This document shows positions 9,990 through 23,950 of a stretch of 64,000 nt of DNA, in pieces (positions within the stretch are counted from its first letter, which is position 1; each line of letters starts with the position of its first letter). This DNA is from Psammoneis japonica (lineage: Eukaryota). The notes beneath the pieces are model-generated. The model had not been told where the DNA came from. It saw only the letters and a list, made by a program, of their open reading frames with translations, and did not search any database. A program made the translations under genes and the position numbers. The DNA is taken from the NCBI GenBank assembly GCA_008632985.1, contig QPGO01000137.1, positions 62,001-126,000 on the forward strand, in the 5' to 3' direction.

Positions 9990-12970
9990 GAGAAACCACA
10001 CTTCAGAATCAGAGTTGTTATTTTCGAGACAATCTGAAGAAACCAAAGTGCAAAAGGGTGGTTGGAATCAAAGATCCAACCACGGTGCAAGGCAATGCAG
10101 TGGTTGTTCACAAGACAGCACAAAGTCATGAAGCCATCATTGCAGGTCATCACATCAAATTTGCCACCTGCTGCAAGGGAAATCGTTTGTTCCACACTGC
10201 TGTGAAACTAAATGTTTGAGTTTGCAGGCAGGAATTTTCCCTTCAAACGACCGTTCAACATGTGCTTTGCAAACAACACGCGCTTGTTGTCAGTGTCAGC
10301 ACAGCTGGCAGATGTTTGAATGTGAGAAGCAGCGCAGTCTCTCATTTCCACGTCACCAGCATGATCAAGAGCACTGGCCAGGGAGGAAAAAACGCAAGTG
10401 TCATTTTGTCCTTGCAGGAATTTCACAGGTGGACCACTCATCAGCAAGTTGCTGTTTGATGGCATCAACACGTTTCCTTCCGGCAAGGAGCAACAACCAT
10501 CCCATGGCTTCAATTCTTTCAAATCTTTCCACACATCTGGAAACCAAAACTTAAAATTGTGCTCAGCCCAATCCAGGGTTGCATGCATGGGACGGTTCCC
10601 CTCCAAGCTGCAACCAATGAAATCAGCTCCCTGCCCAACAGGTGGAAGTTTTTGAATCTCCACTTCAGTCAATCTCTTCAGTTTGGCAATCTGTGGTGGG
10701 GGTTGCAAATCGATTCCACCTTGTCCTTAATCTCGTTCCTGCATTTTCGATTGAGTTGCTGGGGAACATTTTTGTTTTGTGTTTGGCACGTGTGACAAGG
10801 GCCGCATGCGTGTTCATGGAATGGCCATTCATTGCATTGCAACATTCATCAAACCATGGTTTGCACAACATGACGCCCTTGTTTCCTTCTGGAAAGCAAC
10901 CAAACAAGTGAGGAACAGATCCTTTGGAATCACCAGGATGCTGTTCCCGGCTGCTCCACGTTTTTGGATCAATCCACATGAGTTTTTTAACCTGCAACAT
11001 CTTTTGATTGTCTTCACATGCTTGCTCAAGTTGATCCCTTTCTTCTTTGTGTTGCACGTCTTTGCTCAACTGATGCCATGGAATGGCTCCTTTTGCCCTT
11101 GCCTTCGGCCTGGAGCTGTGAAGGCCAATGAGATCATCATCATTGCTCACTCCAGTGATGTCTTTCATGAGCTCCATCTGGCATCTGTGACTTGTGTCTC
11201 CCACTCTCTCCTTCTTCTCTGCCTTTGTGTCTCTGAGTGCCAAGTCTTCTGCAGCCTTGTCTTTGTCTTCTTCTTCCTCGTCTTCATTTTCCTCCTCGTC
11301 CTCAGTCAATTCATCCATGGCCCCAGCTTGATCTTGCTCCTCCTTGTTTTTGTCTTGCAGCTGCAACCTTGCAGTGCCAGCCTCAGCTTTTTGCAGGTCA
11401 CCCATCTCTTCAGTGCTGTCCTCCTCCTCTTCTGTTTCATCCATGTCTTCAGCACCCTCCTTCACCTCTTCCCTTTCCTCCTCCAACTCTGCCTTCTCAT
11501 TTGCATCCCATGTAAAAGCGTGATGCATGTGACGATGGCAACAAATCCTTCTGCAAAACTTGTGCCATGCAAGCCCAGGAGCTGCCTTGCACCAACCAGC
11601 TGGGTGAGCCGGTGGCTCCTTGCAGCAGTCCTCCCTTTTTGGCCCCTCGGGGAAGTGAACTTCAAAGATGTGCTTGTCATTGTTGACAGCATCCACTGGC
11701 TTGGAGTGTCACTGCGGTGTAGAAGGCTTGCACACCTGGTCCAGCCAACACAGACAGTCTGTGTCTTCATCAACATTGGGCAGCCACATCACATGGTTGT
11801 GCCACCAACCTGTGATGATGTCAAACAATGCCTCCGATGGCAGCATCTCCTTGGGGTCGCACGGCCCAAACGGGAAAATCCTCTGGCAGCCCATTGTGCA
11901 ACAGATGAGCACTTTGCATTTTGTGCAGCTGGGAAGCTTGGCAATGTGCATGTCTTCCTCCATGTCATCGTCTGGCTGTTCAAGCTTCTCCCTTTTGCAA
12001 CACTCATCGTGCAAAATGCAGTCATGGTTGCCAGACACATCGCCCTTCTTCAACTTCTTGCAGTTGGGGCATGGTTTGCGATGCTGCTTTTCATCCACCT
12101 GATTCCTCTGAGCAATTTTGTTGCAAACAGAGTGATGGTTGATGATTGCACCCCAGTGCTGTTTTGCAGATAAAACGGGACGACTTGTTTCACAGCGGAA
12201 CTTGACACATGCAATCCCTTCAAAGCCAACATTTCAAAATGGTTCTTGAATCCCTTCAGAGACTTGATTTGCCACCAACTTTTATGCACAACATTGCCAA
12301 AAGGCAGCCATGCTTTCTGCCTTAAATCTTTGGTCGATTTGTCAGGATCGCAGGCTTCCAGGTCTTGAGTGTTGAGCAAAGATTCCTTGTGGAATCGGAG
12401 CTGGGCATTGAGCAAATGACCAGCAACGCAGGTTCCTTCAGCAAGTGGTTCCTCCCAAAAGCCTTCATTTTGGCTGATCTCTGCTGTGATGTTTTCATGC
12501 TCTGGGCTGGAATGAGGCAATGGCAAAACAATTGCAGAGCTCATTGGAGTGATCGTCTTCCTTGCACACAGGGAAAGAGTGTTGCCTTTGTCCTTCTCCG
12601 TGAGATGCTCCCACTCCTCCCAGTGCTTGCGGACGTCCGCCAGGTCAGAACGTTCACTCATTGTGTCTGTGATGTCCTCGAAACCCAACACTCCCACGAA
12701 GTAAGACTTCAATGTCTTCTGACAATGAAGGTGTGCATCCAGCTTCTTGGCAACGCCACAGCAAATCGCTTGTTGGGCGAGTCCAATCAAAAAAGGACAA
12801 ACACCTCTTGCGCAAAAAATGCGCGTTTCGATGTATCCCGGCGCCCAAGGCACAAGTCGCCAACCTCGACGATGATACGAGCCTCAACAATAACATTCGC
12901 AACAGAAGATAGCGATAAACATCCTCTGTCGCCATTCTCCAGTGTTGCACGTTTCAAAATGAAACCCAAG
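9990..12970 (-). pseudogene. Relic of a large protein with an acidic low-complexity middle and a C-terminal papain-like fold
   Basis: Collinear minus-strand fragments 12050-12853, 11709-12098, 10665-11696 (E/D-rich), 10208-10708 (FLQGQNDTCVFSSLASAL) and 9914-10195 (NNHCIAL..WIFDSN), giving Q-C...H...D spacing. Confidence 0.5.
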
Positions 12971-13153
12971 CTTTCTGCTCACAACTCTGGAGCAAGGTTT
13001 TCAAGGTGGCATGCGTCGGAATGATTGTTGCCTCTTTGCTTGTCAGATTCTGCCATTTGCTCTTGCTCTGAAACCCGAAACCACCAGCACAATTGTTTGG
13101 TGGAGGGCAGTGGTGGAGTTGGTTGCTGGCCGCTCTCTACTCTCTAGCTAGCT

Positions 13154-13662
13154 ATGCCGTTGGAAGTGGCAGTTTGTGCGGCGCTTTTGGCAGTCGCCGC
13201 TCAAACGAGCAGCCAAGCAGAAATCTTTGTTGAAACCATGAGCATCCGAAGAAAGCGGAAGGAGGGAGAAACGCACCAGCAATCCATCTGCAAGGAATTG
13301 AGTATATTCACAAAGCATTTTTGGTCCGAGTCTTGACGTATCCTCTCAACATCGTTCCTTTTGTCGGCACGGCCTTGTGCGCTTCCATCAGTGCTACTTT
13401 TATCGGCTGGGAAATGATGGATCGGCATTTTGATGTCATTTTTCTTCTTTCCAAGTTACAAAGAATAGAAGTCTTTGGAGACGACAAAATAGAGTGCAGG
13501 GTACTGTGGAGTCCCGGTTTAGTCCATCGACGCACGATCAGTCGAGTGAATACGCTCAGTTTGGTTTCATTTGCGCCTTTCTCGAGGCGACGCCCACCCA
13601 TGATTGGACCCGTTGTCTTTTCTCTCACCGGGGCGGCGGCACTCTTTTGCAAGCGATGTTGA
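13154..13662 (+). pseudogene. EI24/CysZ-like membrane protein fragment with frameshifts
   Basis: VLTYPLNIVPFVGTAL...IGWEMMDRHFD, then EYAQFGFICAFLEA and MIGPVVFSLTGAAALF, which lie in different frames. TpA content is normal. Confidence 0.5.
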
Positions 13663-13979
13663 AGAATGATGTAGTATTCCGTCCAGTCGTTTGGTGGACA
13701 ACGAAAAATATTGCCAGTAAGCCAAACTATGGGGCGACACAAGGTTAGTGGTGCAGAAGAACGATTCTTCAATCATCGTAAGATAGATGCAGCATGAGAC
13801 CAGGCAATGATTAGAGGAATAACTAAAGTACATGTATATGCAGCTCTGTGTTCTGATTCTAAATGCGTCACGTTGACTCGTATTGACTTTTTTTGAGTGC
13901 GTATTCGTGACTTTCCCGCTACGTCGTTTGCCCGTCCATTTTGAATTTCTGGCGTCACGTTTGGGAAATAATTGGAGAA

Positions 13980-16900
13980 CTAGTCACTATCAATCCGTTC
14001 AAAGGTAATCTCAGATGCACGTCGATCTTCAAGCGACGAGAAACCGACCAGGTTATAATCATTGACGACAGTCACCCAGTTGCCGCCCGGTGTAACAACT
14101 TGATCTTCATTGTCAACCGCAACCAACGCACGCTTGCACCCGTCCTTGAATTCGTTGTAATACTCTTTGAGAACAAACCATTGAGGGTCACCCCCGCCTC
14201 CCTTTAGATACCCTTCTTCAGACAGCTTGATCCAACGATTGCGTCCGATATTTTTGATGCGAAAGAGGTTTGGGTTGTTCTCGTGCGCAATCAACTTCCA
14301 ATTAATATAGTCGGCAGTAGGACTAGTAAGATCTGTCTTCACCTTGTAGTCAGGCCAACCCTTCATCTGGAGGTATCTATCTCCAATCATGAGGCGGTAG
14401 TTTCCATTTCCGACATTTTTCCCATATCTGCAAGAACCAAAGATGTTCCATGCTCGGTTTGTAAGCTCTGGCTTGAATTCCAATCGTTCCTTAAGCGAGT
14501 CGAAGTCGTCGTCACTGTCGTCGGTCCACTTGACATATTCATCGTCCATGTAGAGGTACCTACCATTATTATGCAAGTAGAACCACATCTTTTCCCCAGT
14601 GCTACCAAAGTAGAATTTCCTCTCCCTGTTCTTGATCCCTCCCACATACTTGTTTTCGTTCGACAGGCAGGCAACTGTAACACCGTCGTCGTAGTACTTG
14701 AAAGGCTTGAGTTGATCTTCAACATAAAGAAACTGGTAATCGTCATCATCAAGCATTGCGTGACTCGCTTCTATCGCTTCCAGCCGGTAGTCGTCTCCTT
14801 GTCCTTTCATCCTCAGGTAGCGATTTTTGGTAGTTCGCAAGTTGTAAGTAAAACCCCTGGAATAAACGAGAAAGGATGCATTACAGCATCAGTTTGAGAA
14901 AGTGACAAAACAGCGAGCACGTTGGAAGTACCGAAAAACGCAAAAGGGAAGACAGTCAAGAATCTCAAGAGGATTCGTACTTACCCACCAAGGAGACCAT
15001 ATTCCTCTCGGTTATGTGGTGCGAATGGAAGGGGCTGACAAGTTTCGGTCTCCCATTCACAAAAGTGATGGACCCCGTAAATGTTCCGACACGCCGCATT
15101 ATCACCGTTGCACTTTTGATACTCGCCTGCAGGGTAGCATGGGTTCTCCCTCGTGCATTCCGTGTAGCACACGCCATCTAGACAGAGACCGCCAGCACAT
15201 TGGTAATCATTCTCACAGCCTGTCTTTCCGGACGGAATCTGTTTCTGTAAGTCCTCAAAGATCTCGACAACGTCGACGTTTGCCATCCTCTTGTGAGCAT
15301 CATCTCCATTCAAGTTATCCCAGTTCTTGAATGACGCTTTGCAATCGTTCCCTTGGTCTCCTTTCGTCTCGTATTGACAGCACGTTAAATCATCCTTCGT
15401 CTTACCCTTTTCCTCGAAGTAAAAGCCGCAGGCAATGAGACAGGCTGCGAGAGAATCATTCTCAACATCATCATCGTTCTTGGAGTCAAACATTAACTTC
15501 TTATCTGGTTTGCATCGTTTTCGCTCGATAAAGCCAAAGCCTACGTCCCTTCGGTCACTTGAGGACCTTTTGGATCCAAAGCTCTTGAAGAGCTTCTTCA
15601 CTCCACTGGATAAGGAACTGTAAGAAGCGGGAGAGACAAGAACTCGACCATACGTAGCTACCGCACTAGTGGCTCCATTGAAAATGCTATTGGCCACTGC
15701 TTCTCCGAAACTAAAGTAGAGAAAAGCAGTTATACAGAGAAGAAGTAAGAGAAACGGAAAAGACGAAACAAGGCCAAGCTCTATAACACACTTACTCGAT
15801 ACCGTCTTCCCAGATTCCCTCACCAAAGCTAAAGTTGAAGATATCAAGGTTTAGTATACAAGTGGCTCGTGTAAAAGAAGAGTTTGTCTGAACCACCCAT
15901 CTCCAATCTTTGTTTGCATGATTGCGACTTACTTTGCGGTTTTCTGTGACCACTCAGCCACCACCTGCTCATTTTTATCCCATTGACGATCACCAAAGTT
16001 CGATGCATAATCGTATCCTGTGTTGACTGCCCGATACGTTGCCTTAGCCGCGCCCTCAGTCAAGTCTGCAAAGAAACTAAAAATTGCCTGGCCACCATTC
16101 CAGTCACAATCAAAACCAACCCTGCTTAATTCATTGTTTATCTTTCCATAGCATTTAATTTTGAAACCGCTTGCCTGTAGAGAGTAGTGTCAGCAGCGTA
16201 TGAGGTACAAGTAAGAAGACTGCAGCTACCCCACTCCCGCCGCTAGCCCTACACTTACCATCAGAAGGAATTCGAAGATCTCTTCCTTCATTGTGATTCC
16301 AAACTTGCTGCTGGCGAACGAGGTCTCATCCACCACCTTGGTACATCCCTCTTGACTCACATTCGAAAAGCCAAAGTCAAGATAATCACAAAGTTTCTTA
16401 GCAATCGTCTTGATGACTGATCCTTCTCCCTCAATTCTCATGTAGGTACCGTGGTCCATTCCTTTGTATCCAGAGTTAGGGGGGATCGTAATACTTGAGA
16501 ACTCGGCCTTGGAGACTTCTATGTCTGGCAGGAATCCGCCTGTAAGAGATTTGAAATTTAGTTTCAAGGTTCCCTCTGCTGTAGTGGCTTGAGGCACGAA
16601 GAGATTATTTCCTCCATTGCCGGGAAGGAAAGTCATTTCACGAATCTTTCTGGCCACATCCTCTGGTGAAGCAGAGTCAAGATCGTCAAGCTCGGCTTGA
16701 AAGTCTTCAACAGCAATCGTGGGGTTAAGGAGCTTGGCCATTGTATCGGCAACACTTGCAAAGTTGTACGCAGTTGAATAGGTACTTGGTAGGTCTACAA
16801 TGTTCAAAAAGTCTAGCGCTGGAGGAAGAAAGGGAATGCTGAGGGATCCCCCAATCCCCAAGAACCAGTGGGCCTGAAAGTCGTCCTGTTTGAACTTTCC

Positions 16901-17653
16901 GTCCTTGAGGTACTTGACTGGAACATCCATGAAGCTGCTATGCGTTGCCAGGGCAACGGAGACCCTCTCGAGTCCAACTCTTGAGGCAACGTAGGCCACG
17001 GTCTTGATGAGACCATGGATCATACTGATGCCATTGCCATGGTTAGCATTAACAAGGGGGTTCAGGTTTGCACCGGCATCGAGAAAGAAGCTTCCACCTG
17101 CAAAAGCATCTCCATTTTCGCACAAACAGGCAGCCACACACTGCTGACTCAGAAAGACATCTCCATTAGCCCCTTCTACCTCAAAGTCAGCAGAGAGAGC
17201 GCCATACTTGACGTCACTGGCAAAGGGGAGAAACAGGCACTGCGCCCCATGGTCTCCACTACCGGCATTCATCTCGAACCCGCTAAAGTCTCCAGCACAA
17301 AACTTGGTTTCCAGAGAAATATCTGTCCATGCGGCTTCATCGTTTGCTTTTTCACCTATCTCTTCCACGATAGGATCAGCAAAGCTCTTAAAGAATCTGA
17401 CAATTTCATCATCAGAGCTCCCTGCGATTGAGTCTACCACACCCTTGGCAGTCTCCAAGGCGATCGCGACGTCTGCTTCGGAAGGCATCTCTGTCGAGCT
17501 AACGCAATCGTAGGCGAACTCCGTGGTGAGACACTCGCCCACATCGAAGATGTTGTTGCCTTCAGCAAAGAAGACATTCTGGCCCGTCTGACGAGAGACT
17601 ACTGCCAGCAAGAAGACGAGTGGATGATGCGGTTTCTTTGGATGAATGATCAT
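13980..17653 (-). CDS. About 1090 aa putative secreted multidomain protein (unknown N-terminal region, Cys-rich module, C-terminal beta-trefoil-like repeats), 5 exons
   Basis: Exons 17653-16259, 16174-15933, 15828-15796, 15710-14985 and 14856-13980 are joined by GTAAGT...AG introns with matching phase (3273 nt in total). Hydrophobic N-terminus; repeated YxLxxxxRYLxMKG-type units at the C-terminus. Confidence 0.75.
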
Positions 17654-18194
17654 CCTGGTTGGGAATGGCCAGTGTTCCTGTTGCGCTTGCTCTTGCTGAC
17701 AGATCGAAGCCAAGCAAAAGTAGTGGAACGAACTGCGAATTATGAGAGCAGCAAGCTTTGTGAAAGTCTTCCGCAAAACGTTTCCCGTTTCCCCTCCGCA
17801 CTAAATGCAACGTTGCTTCTGCTGATTCGAGTTCGGATTTGTGCCGCAAATGACCGGCGAGAGGCATAAATAATGGTTGTTCCTTCTAAGGGGTTAGGGC
17901 TGTAATTTTGTAGAATCAATACTGCAGAATACGAAGGCTACATTACTTTTAAGAATTTAAAGATTATTTATTTAAGTCCACAATCATCCACCCAAATTAA
18001 ATTCACAACACGTTTATAGAGGACATTGGCGAACAGGAAAAGGCCGAAGCGCTCAAGTGACATTATGTGTGTAATTGCAGGAGCAGCTGACACGATGTTA
18101 AATGTTGCCAGACAATCAAGAAAGCGGCACCGGACATCGGAAACCGCTTGAACGGTCTTTGTAAGACGGGCGGTGGTCACGAACGCTTTCTAAC

Positions 18195-21100
18195 AGTGTG
18201 AGAAAAGACCATGAGTTCGGTTTCAGCCACGGAACATTCCTCGGAACTTTCTTTCTGACACCGAACGTTCCACAGAACTCTCTGAAGTTGTCACTGATCG
18301 GCGAATCTTCCGAATCTCAGCTTGATGACGCAATCATGATGATGCAGAAGTTTGCTTCGCTGTTCTCTTCCCCTCTGAGGAGACCAGCACATGAGGCACT
18401 CTGTGCAAGGCAAAGTTTCCACTCACATGAACTTGTGCAACAGCAAAAGGGCAAAAAGATTGAGCCTCCAACTTGGCAGGGGGGGTGCCCATCTCAACAA
18501 CTGACAAGATTTGACCAAGATTTCAGCCTGTTGCACACAATTGTGTGTGCTCTTGGCTCTGTGCATGACACACGATGAAGCTTGCTTTCAAGCCACTCAG
18601 CTCACAAAAACAACAACAGCAGTGCTGATGTTCATGACATGCATCTTTTGGCTCCTGCAACAGTCTCTGCATGGAGACTCATCTGCTGTTTGGATGGCAG
18701 CAAGGGATGTGTTCCAGCTGCACATGGCCCAAAAGGTGCGCGCAACTGACACAAAATGACAAAGGTTCGGAGGTCTCATCCACCTCCAGCTGGCATGTCA
18801 GCAGGGGTGTTTGACCCATTGCTCTGTTCTCAAGCAACTCAAAGTGCCGCCAGCTGTGGGCTCGGATGTGCCGGCACAACTCTGTGGATGTCACAGCCCG
18901 GCAGCTTCTAATCTGCAAGACAGCTCAAGATCTCAAGTCAAGTTTTAAGTCAATTTTAGCTTGGCTTCCAGCTCAAGCTCAGACACTCTCTTCCGCTGCA
19001 CCATGGTGCTCACCATGCAGCAACAAGCCGATGGCTTTGAGCACATTTTGGGCATTGTTCTGAGCTGAGCTGCAGACAGCCCATTGCACTCTGCCCTCAA
19101 CATTGATGGGGGGTTGACTTGTGCCAGAATCTCTTTGCATTTGCTCCAGCTGCAAAACACTCCTGGAGGCATTGATCAGCTTCTGCACTGCAAAAGCACG
19201 TGGAAGCAATGACATCAGTGACAACCCCACCTTGTTCATGCATGAAGAATTTGATGACTGTCATCTCAGCTCTGACTGCATGGCAAACCCCTCTCCTCTG
19301 GCATGGTGCAATCTGCTCCCACTGCTGGCTTGTTGCCCCCCAAACCACGCAACCCAGTGCATGACTTCAAACAAGGTGTCAAACCTGACCCGCTCACCTT
19401 CACGACTCTCAAGTCCAACAAGCAGCGGCACACATGGCACACCTTCATCATTGCACAGGCCTGCTCCTGGGATGTTGACCACATCCTTGATTTGATGTGC
19501 AAGCCCTGTGCACTCAAAAATGCGGCCTTGTTTGCCAAACAGCAGAAGCACATGTTCACTGTTTTTGAATGCATCTTGCAAAATGACACAGGCAAGGCAC
19601 TTGTTTGTGAACATGTTGGCTCCTCTGATGGTCAAGCAGTGTGCTGCAAACTCTCTGAATTCACCCTTGCATCTGCTCATGCATCACTTGAGTCATCAAC
19701 CCTTCTCACACACCTTGCCACTGCTCACCTTTTTGATGGCACCTGAAAGAGCTCCACCCAAGCCTTCATGCTTCACTGGCAAGACCAACTCTGCAAGTGT
19801 GAAGCTCTGGTTCTGACTGCAGACCACTTCTCTGCTGCTGGTCTGTTCCATCAAGAACCAAGCCAAGTGACATTGCTCACAGAACAGCACGAGCCTCTCC
19901 TGCAAGCACTGTTGTGGGCTCCTGCTTTCTGTGGCAGTGCAGTGCAACAGCACTTTTGCACCCAAGATGGCCTCCCAAGCCACACGCCGTGCCATCTGCA
20001 CCCAAGCCTCTGCTGCTTGGCAATCTGCGGTGACTCCTTTTGACTGACAAAGCCCCTTGGACCACTCTGGCAAGAACCCCCCTGGCTCAAAGTCCTCCCA
20101 TGGTGCCACCACTGACACGGAATTTAGTGGCCACACTCATTGTTGTGTCAATGACCACAATGTTGTTTGCTCCACCTCAACGTGCAACTTGATGTGCACG
20201 GGTGCTCCAGTGGATGGTGGCACCAAAGGCAGAGTTTCTGATGATGACATTTGTGTCATCACACATGCTGATTGGCAGGTTGATGTAAAATGCATTGACA
20301 GCCACCATCTTGTCAACATTCTGGTCATCACTTTGTCCAGCGGTGTCGTCCATGCATGGTGTGGACCCATCATTGCCATCCTTCACCAGTGTGCCCATGC
20401 TGGAAAGGGCAAGACAGTGCACTCTTGTGGCCAGCTTGAGTGGTGCAAGCATGACATCAATGACCAGTTGATCAAGGTCCCCAATGGCTGCCTGCAGTGC
20501 ATCACCACCATCAATGGCTGCATCATTCTCATTGACACACCAATGGCAGCCTGCTGCACATTGCCATGCACCTGCACACCAACAACAAATGGGACGATCT
20601 GCCTCTTGTCATTCTTGATGGCAATGATGCCTGAGATTCATCTGTCCTCAAGAGCCACCATTTCACCAACAGCAAAGCAGTGTCCAACCTCCAGGATGAC
20701 CCCACCACCAACCTCTTTGATGAGTTTGGCAACTGTCATCACTGCCATGTCATGAACAATGAGATCCTCCTGAAATCTGATTTTTGCTGTGAGTGCCATG
20801 GGCATGACATCAACCCCAAGAATCCCGACTGTGAGTCCCTGTGCCCCCATTTTGGTTTCCTCCCAAAGAACACTTTTTGCCTCACTTTTGATTGCATGAC
20901 AGTGTGTGCCTGCATGCCTGCCAGCACACACCTGGAAAAAGAGCACAAGTTGCCCAACCTGGCTCTCAATGTCCACCAATGCAACAAACCGGTTGCCACT
21001 GACACCATGTGCTCTCTGACACCCCCACCATCAACTTTGGATGTGCAAGCGCACAGCTCTTTGTTGGCATGGAATCCCTCATCACACATTCAAAACCATG

Positions 21101-21950
21101 GTGTTCTGTCCAAGTTCATCAACAATTGTGCTCAAGTTGAGATCAGCAACAACATCCTTGGCATCCTCCATGCTCTCTTGACATCTGGCTGACAAAGTGA
21201 GCCCCATCAACAGCACCAGAATTTTGCTGAACACATCTGCCAAACTGCAAAGAACATGGCCAACATGCACTGTCATGGATTGCTTTGGCTCCCCGGCCCA
21301 CACCTGGCTCCTTGCTCTCAAGTGCATGTGTTTTGTGCTCAACCACATGGCCTCTGCCAAGCTCCACTGGTGCACCCCCACCAAAGTGCTGTCTGGATTC
21401 ACTCCTGACATCAGCCCCTGGTGGGAACCTGTGCACTGCCACCTGGATGATTCCGACTGGCCACCTGAATCTGGCAAGTTGTGTGGTTGCTTCGTTGGCA
21501 TTTCCAGACATGCGGGTCATCAAATGACTTTCAAGATCCTTTCTGATGACACTCAGATGGTCCTTTGCCAGTCCAACATCCGTCCCACCATCCACGACCC
21601 ATCCACTTGCAATTTGCATCTTCTTGATCCTCCTGTTTAGGAGTCTGATGCTGCACCCATCATCAAATCCCACCACGGCTCTGAGGTTTCACCAGATTCA
21701 GCAGATGGGGAGGGAATCAGGATGCCCAAGATGCCAGTCTTTGACCCTGAAAACATCATTGGATGCACCTTCCTCATGAAGCCACATGAGGATGGACACC
21801 AGTGCTGCAAAGCCCGCATCATCAAGGCTGTTGAGGACTGTGATTGGGAAACAGGCAACAACCCGGAACTTGCAAGACAGGATGATCCTTTTTCGTCAAT
21901 CGCATCATTTCTAAACAGAGTTGAGAAATTGTGTCAGCAAATGAGCAGGG
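18195..21950. other. Hypermutated block B
   Basis: TA is lost abruptly after 18192 and returns at about 21950-22080. Confidence 0.9.
19330..21880 (+). mobile_element. Ty1/copia (CoDi-type) gag-protease-integrase relic
   Basis: Gag-like DFKQGVKPDP...LFAKQQKHMFTVFECILQNDTGKALV; protease-like PVDGGTKGRVSDDD; integrase-like LALNVHQCNKPVATDT and GFTPDISPWWEPV. Many stops and frameshifts. Confidence 0.85.
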
Positions 21951-22551
21951 TTAAAATTTGCAGTTTTAAATGGTCTGTTTCTGTTTTTAGAACCTTTTGA
22001 TTGCCACATCTTCATTCTCTTCACAAGGTTCACACCGTGGTCCCTTCCCACTCTTGTTGAGACGGCACCTTTTGTCCTAGCTCGGTGCCTCTACAATGAA
22101 TCTTTTCACAATGTTTCCAAATTGTGTGAAACCTGTTGATTGTCGTACAATCATTCTCTTTGTCCAATTCTTAGCCATCTCGGTCGTATTCAGGCTTTGC
22201 GTCCCGACAAGGCTCGACTCAGTGCGAAAATAAAGACAGCAATCCAACAGTGAGGATGCATGTCTGTGCGACGATGACGCAGCTATAATACATTGCATAA
22301 CAGGCAATCACCATGCATCTTTTCCAATCGGTATTTCCAATTCGCTATATACGCAAGTGTAGTACGGTTGTCACCTCGCCCTGGAGAGAGGATCATGTGC
22401 AGAGAAACCTCCTAATTGATCTGGCATCTCGAGACAAATCTGCAAAAGGGTAACTGTAACTTGATTGTTTAATCGAATGTGACGCTACTCGTCCACAGAT
22501 CAACATGGTTGGACAAGTGACTTTTGCAAAAGCTCCTCGTCAATCGATTAA

Positions 22552-23950
22552 TCACCACGGGTGTCCCCCATCTTTGAGTGGCAACCAAACCTCACCTCGT
22601 CGTTTTCCCATGCTAAACACGGCATCGTATTGTGCAAATGTAACGGCATCATCGTTTGATTCTTTGTCAAACTCTAGTCCGTCTCGCATGAGGATTTCCC
22701 TGAGCTCTTGCTTTGCCTTGCGTACAACTGGTTCCAAGGCTGCATCCGAGTACTCCCGAATGGCAACAATTCGTTCTGGCACGGTAATTATATTCTTGAC
22801 GCTAGTTGGCGGAGGAGGCGTTGATTCTCCGGGTAACGCAAACGTCAGCGGCCACATCATGGTTTTCGAATCGGAATCATTGACATTCATAATTGCAGGC
22901 GACAAAGGATTTGAGCCTATATAATGTGTACAGCAAGCCAACAAGATAGTGAGCATCTCGCAGAAATCAAATCAACAGCAACCATTATTCGGTTCAAAAG
23001 TGAATTACCTCGCGTTAGGCTTCCAAGACTGGCAAACCCGTCATCCCGTCTTGTATAAGGTATTTGGACTGCGGTAAAACTAGGATACCGCCGAACCTCA
23101 TATCCCTTTCCTCTTCGTAGCAATTCATAAGGCAGCTCGGGGGCTGCACTTGATGCTTCTAATCCTCCTGGTTTTAACTGATTCAAAAAGTCCTGCACGG
23201 CAAATCCCTTGTCTGCAACTTGGTACTTCCCGCCCTCCATCAAGTTCACCGAGTCCCAGTAGTCTTCTTGGAGCGTAATTACTACTTTTCCCGAATCCAA
23301 GGGTGCAACTTTGTAAACGGATATCCCTGTGAAACGAGCCGTCGGTGCCCATGGCAAAATTTTTACTGTCATTTTCAACGTCCATGTTGTGACTATATCC
23401 TTAATGTTTTTCCCTGAAGCATCGACTTCTCCGCCCTTTATGGAATGCAAATTGATTCCAGCACCCTCAAAGAGGAGCTTGCCCAGCAACGTTCGTCCAG
23501 CCAACATGTCGACGTTGTTTCGGTATGCCTCGACTCCGGCCAAACTGCAACAGAGAAAGCGCATGTTGGATGACGATAAGAAGCGCATGCTGGATGACGC
23601 GATAAACTTCAATCTCACCTTGTGAGGGGGTCAATAAATTTCACGTCCTTGCTGTAGAATTCCGTTTTCATTGGATCAAAGAATGAAATATCTAGAGTAC
23701 AGTTTCAACAAAAAGCATGAGCAATAGCGTAAAAATACGAGAATCTGAATTACTTTTTAGACTGCTTACATTCTCGTTCCAACACTCTCTTGAGCTCAGC
23801 GACAGAGCTTTCAACGCCATTTTCTGTCGCCGTCGAAGCATGCAGTGATGATGAGTGATGATGCGGAGGTGGCTGATGAACCGTAAAGGCGTTGGCCACT
23901 GTTGCCCAAAGCATCAAGACTCTGGATAACGGCATCATCATGGTGTTCAT
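22552..23950 (-). CDS. SOUL heme-binding family protein with SnoaL/DUF2358-like N-domain, probably plastid-targeted, multi-exon
   Basis: Signal peptide ending ANA|F; YRNNVDMLAGRT...QEDYWDS; PYELLRRGKGYEVRRYP; FAQYDAVFSMGKRRGEVWLPL. GT-AG introns near 23765, 23620 and 23005 (exact exon edges not fully resolved). Confidence 0.85.

Larger units (their letters stand above)
1..13130. other. TpA-depleted, TpG/CpA-enriched hypermutated block A (TE and gene relics)
   Basis: TA is nearly absent and the survivors are mostly YTA (ttaa, ctaa, ctac, ctag). ORFs in all six frames are Tyr-poor and rich in Cys, His, Gln and Trp. TA returns partly at about 12700-12920 and fully after about 13135. Confidence 0.9.

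Noticed and set aside
10779..12173. 464 aa hydrophobic plus-strand ORF as a membrane protein
   Set aside because: It is the antisense shadow of the acidic minus-strand relic, kept open by stop-codon erasure.
1..13130. Alternative genetic code or TGA recoding to explain Tyr-free ORFs
   Set aside because: Intact genes in the same window use Tyr and standard stops, and the depletion affects all frames and non-coding TIRs.
17891..17900. GGGTTAGGG telomere-like motif
   Set aside because: Single unit, compatible with chance.
18197..22025. TGTGA...TCACA as ends of a complete LTR element
   Set aside because: No target-site duplication and no pair of LTR direct repeats were found.
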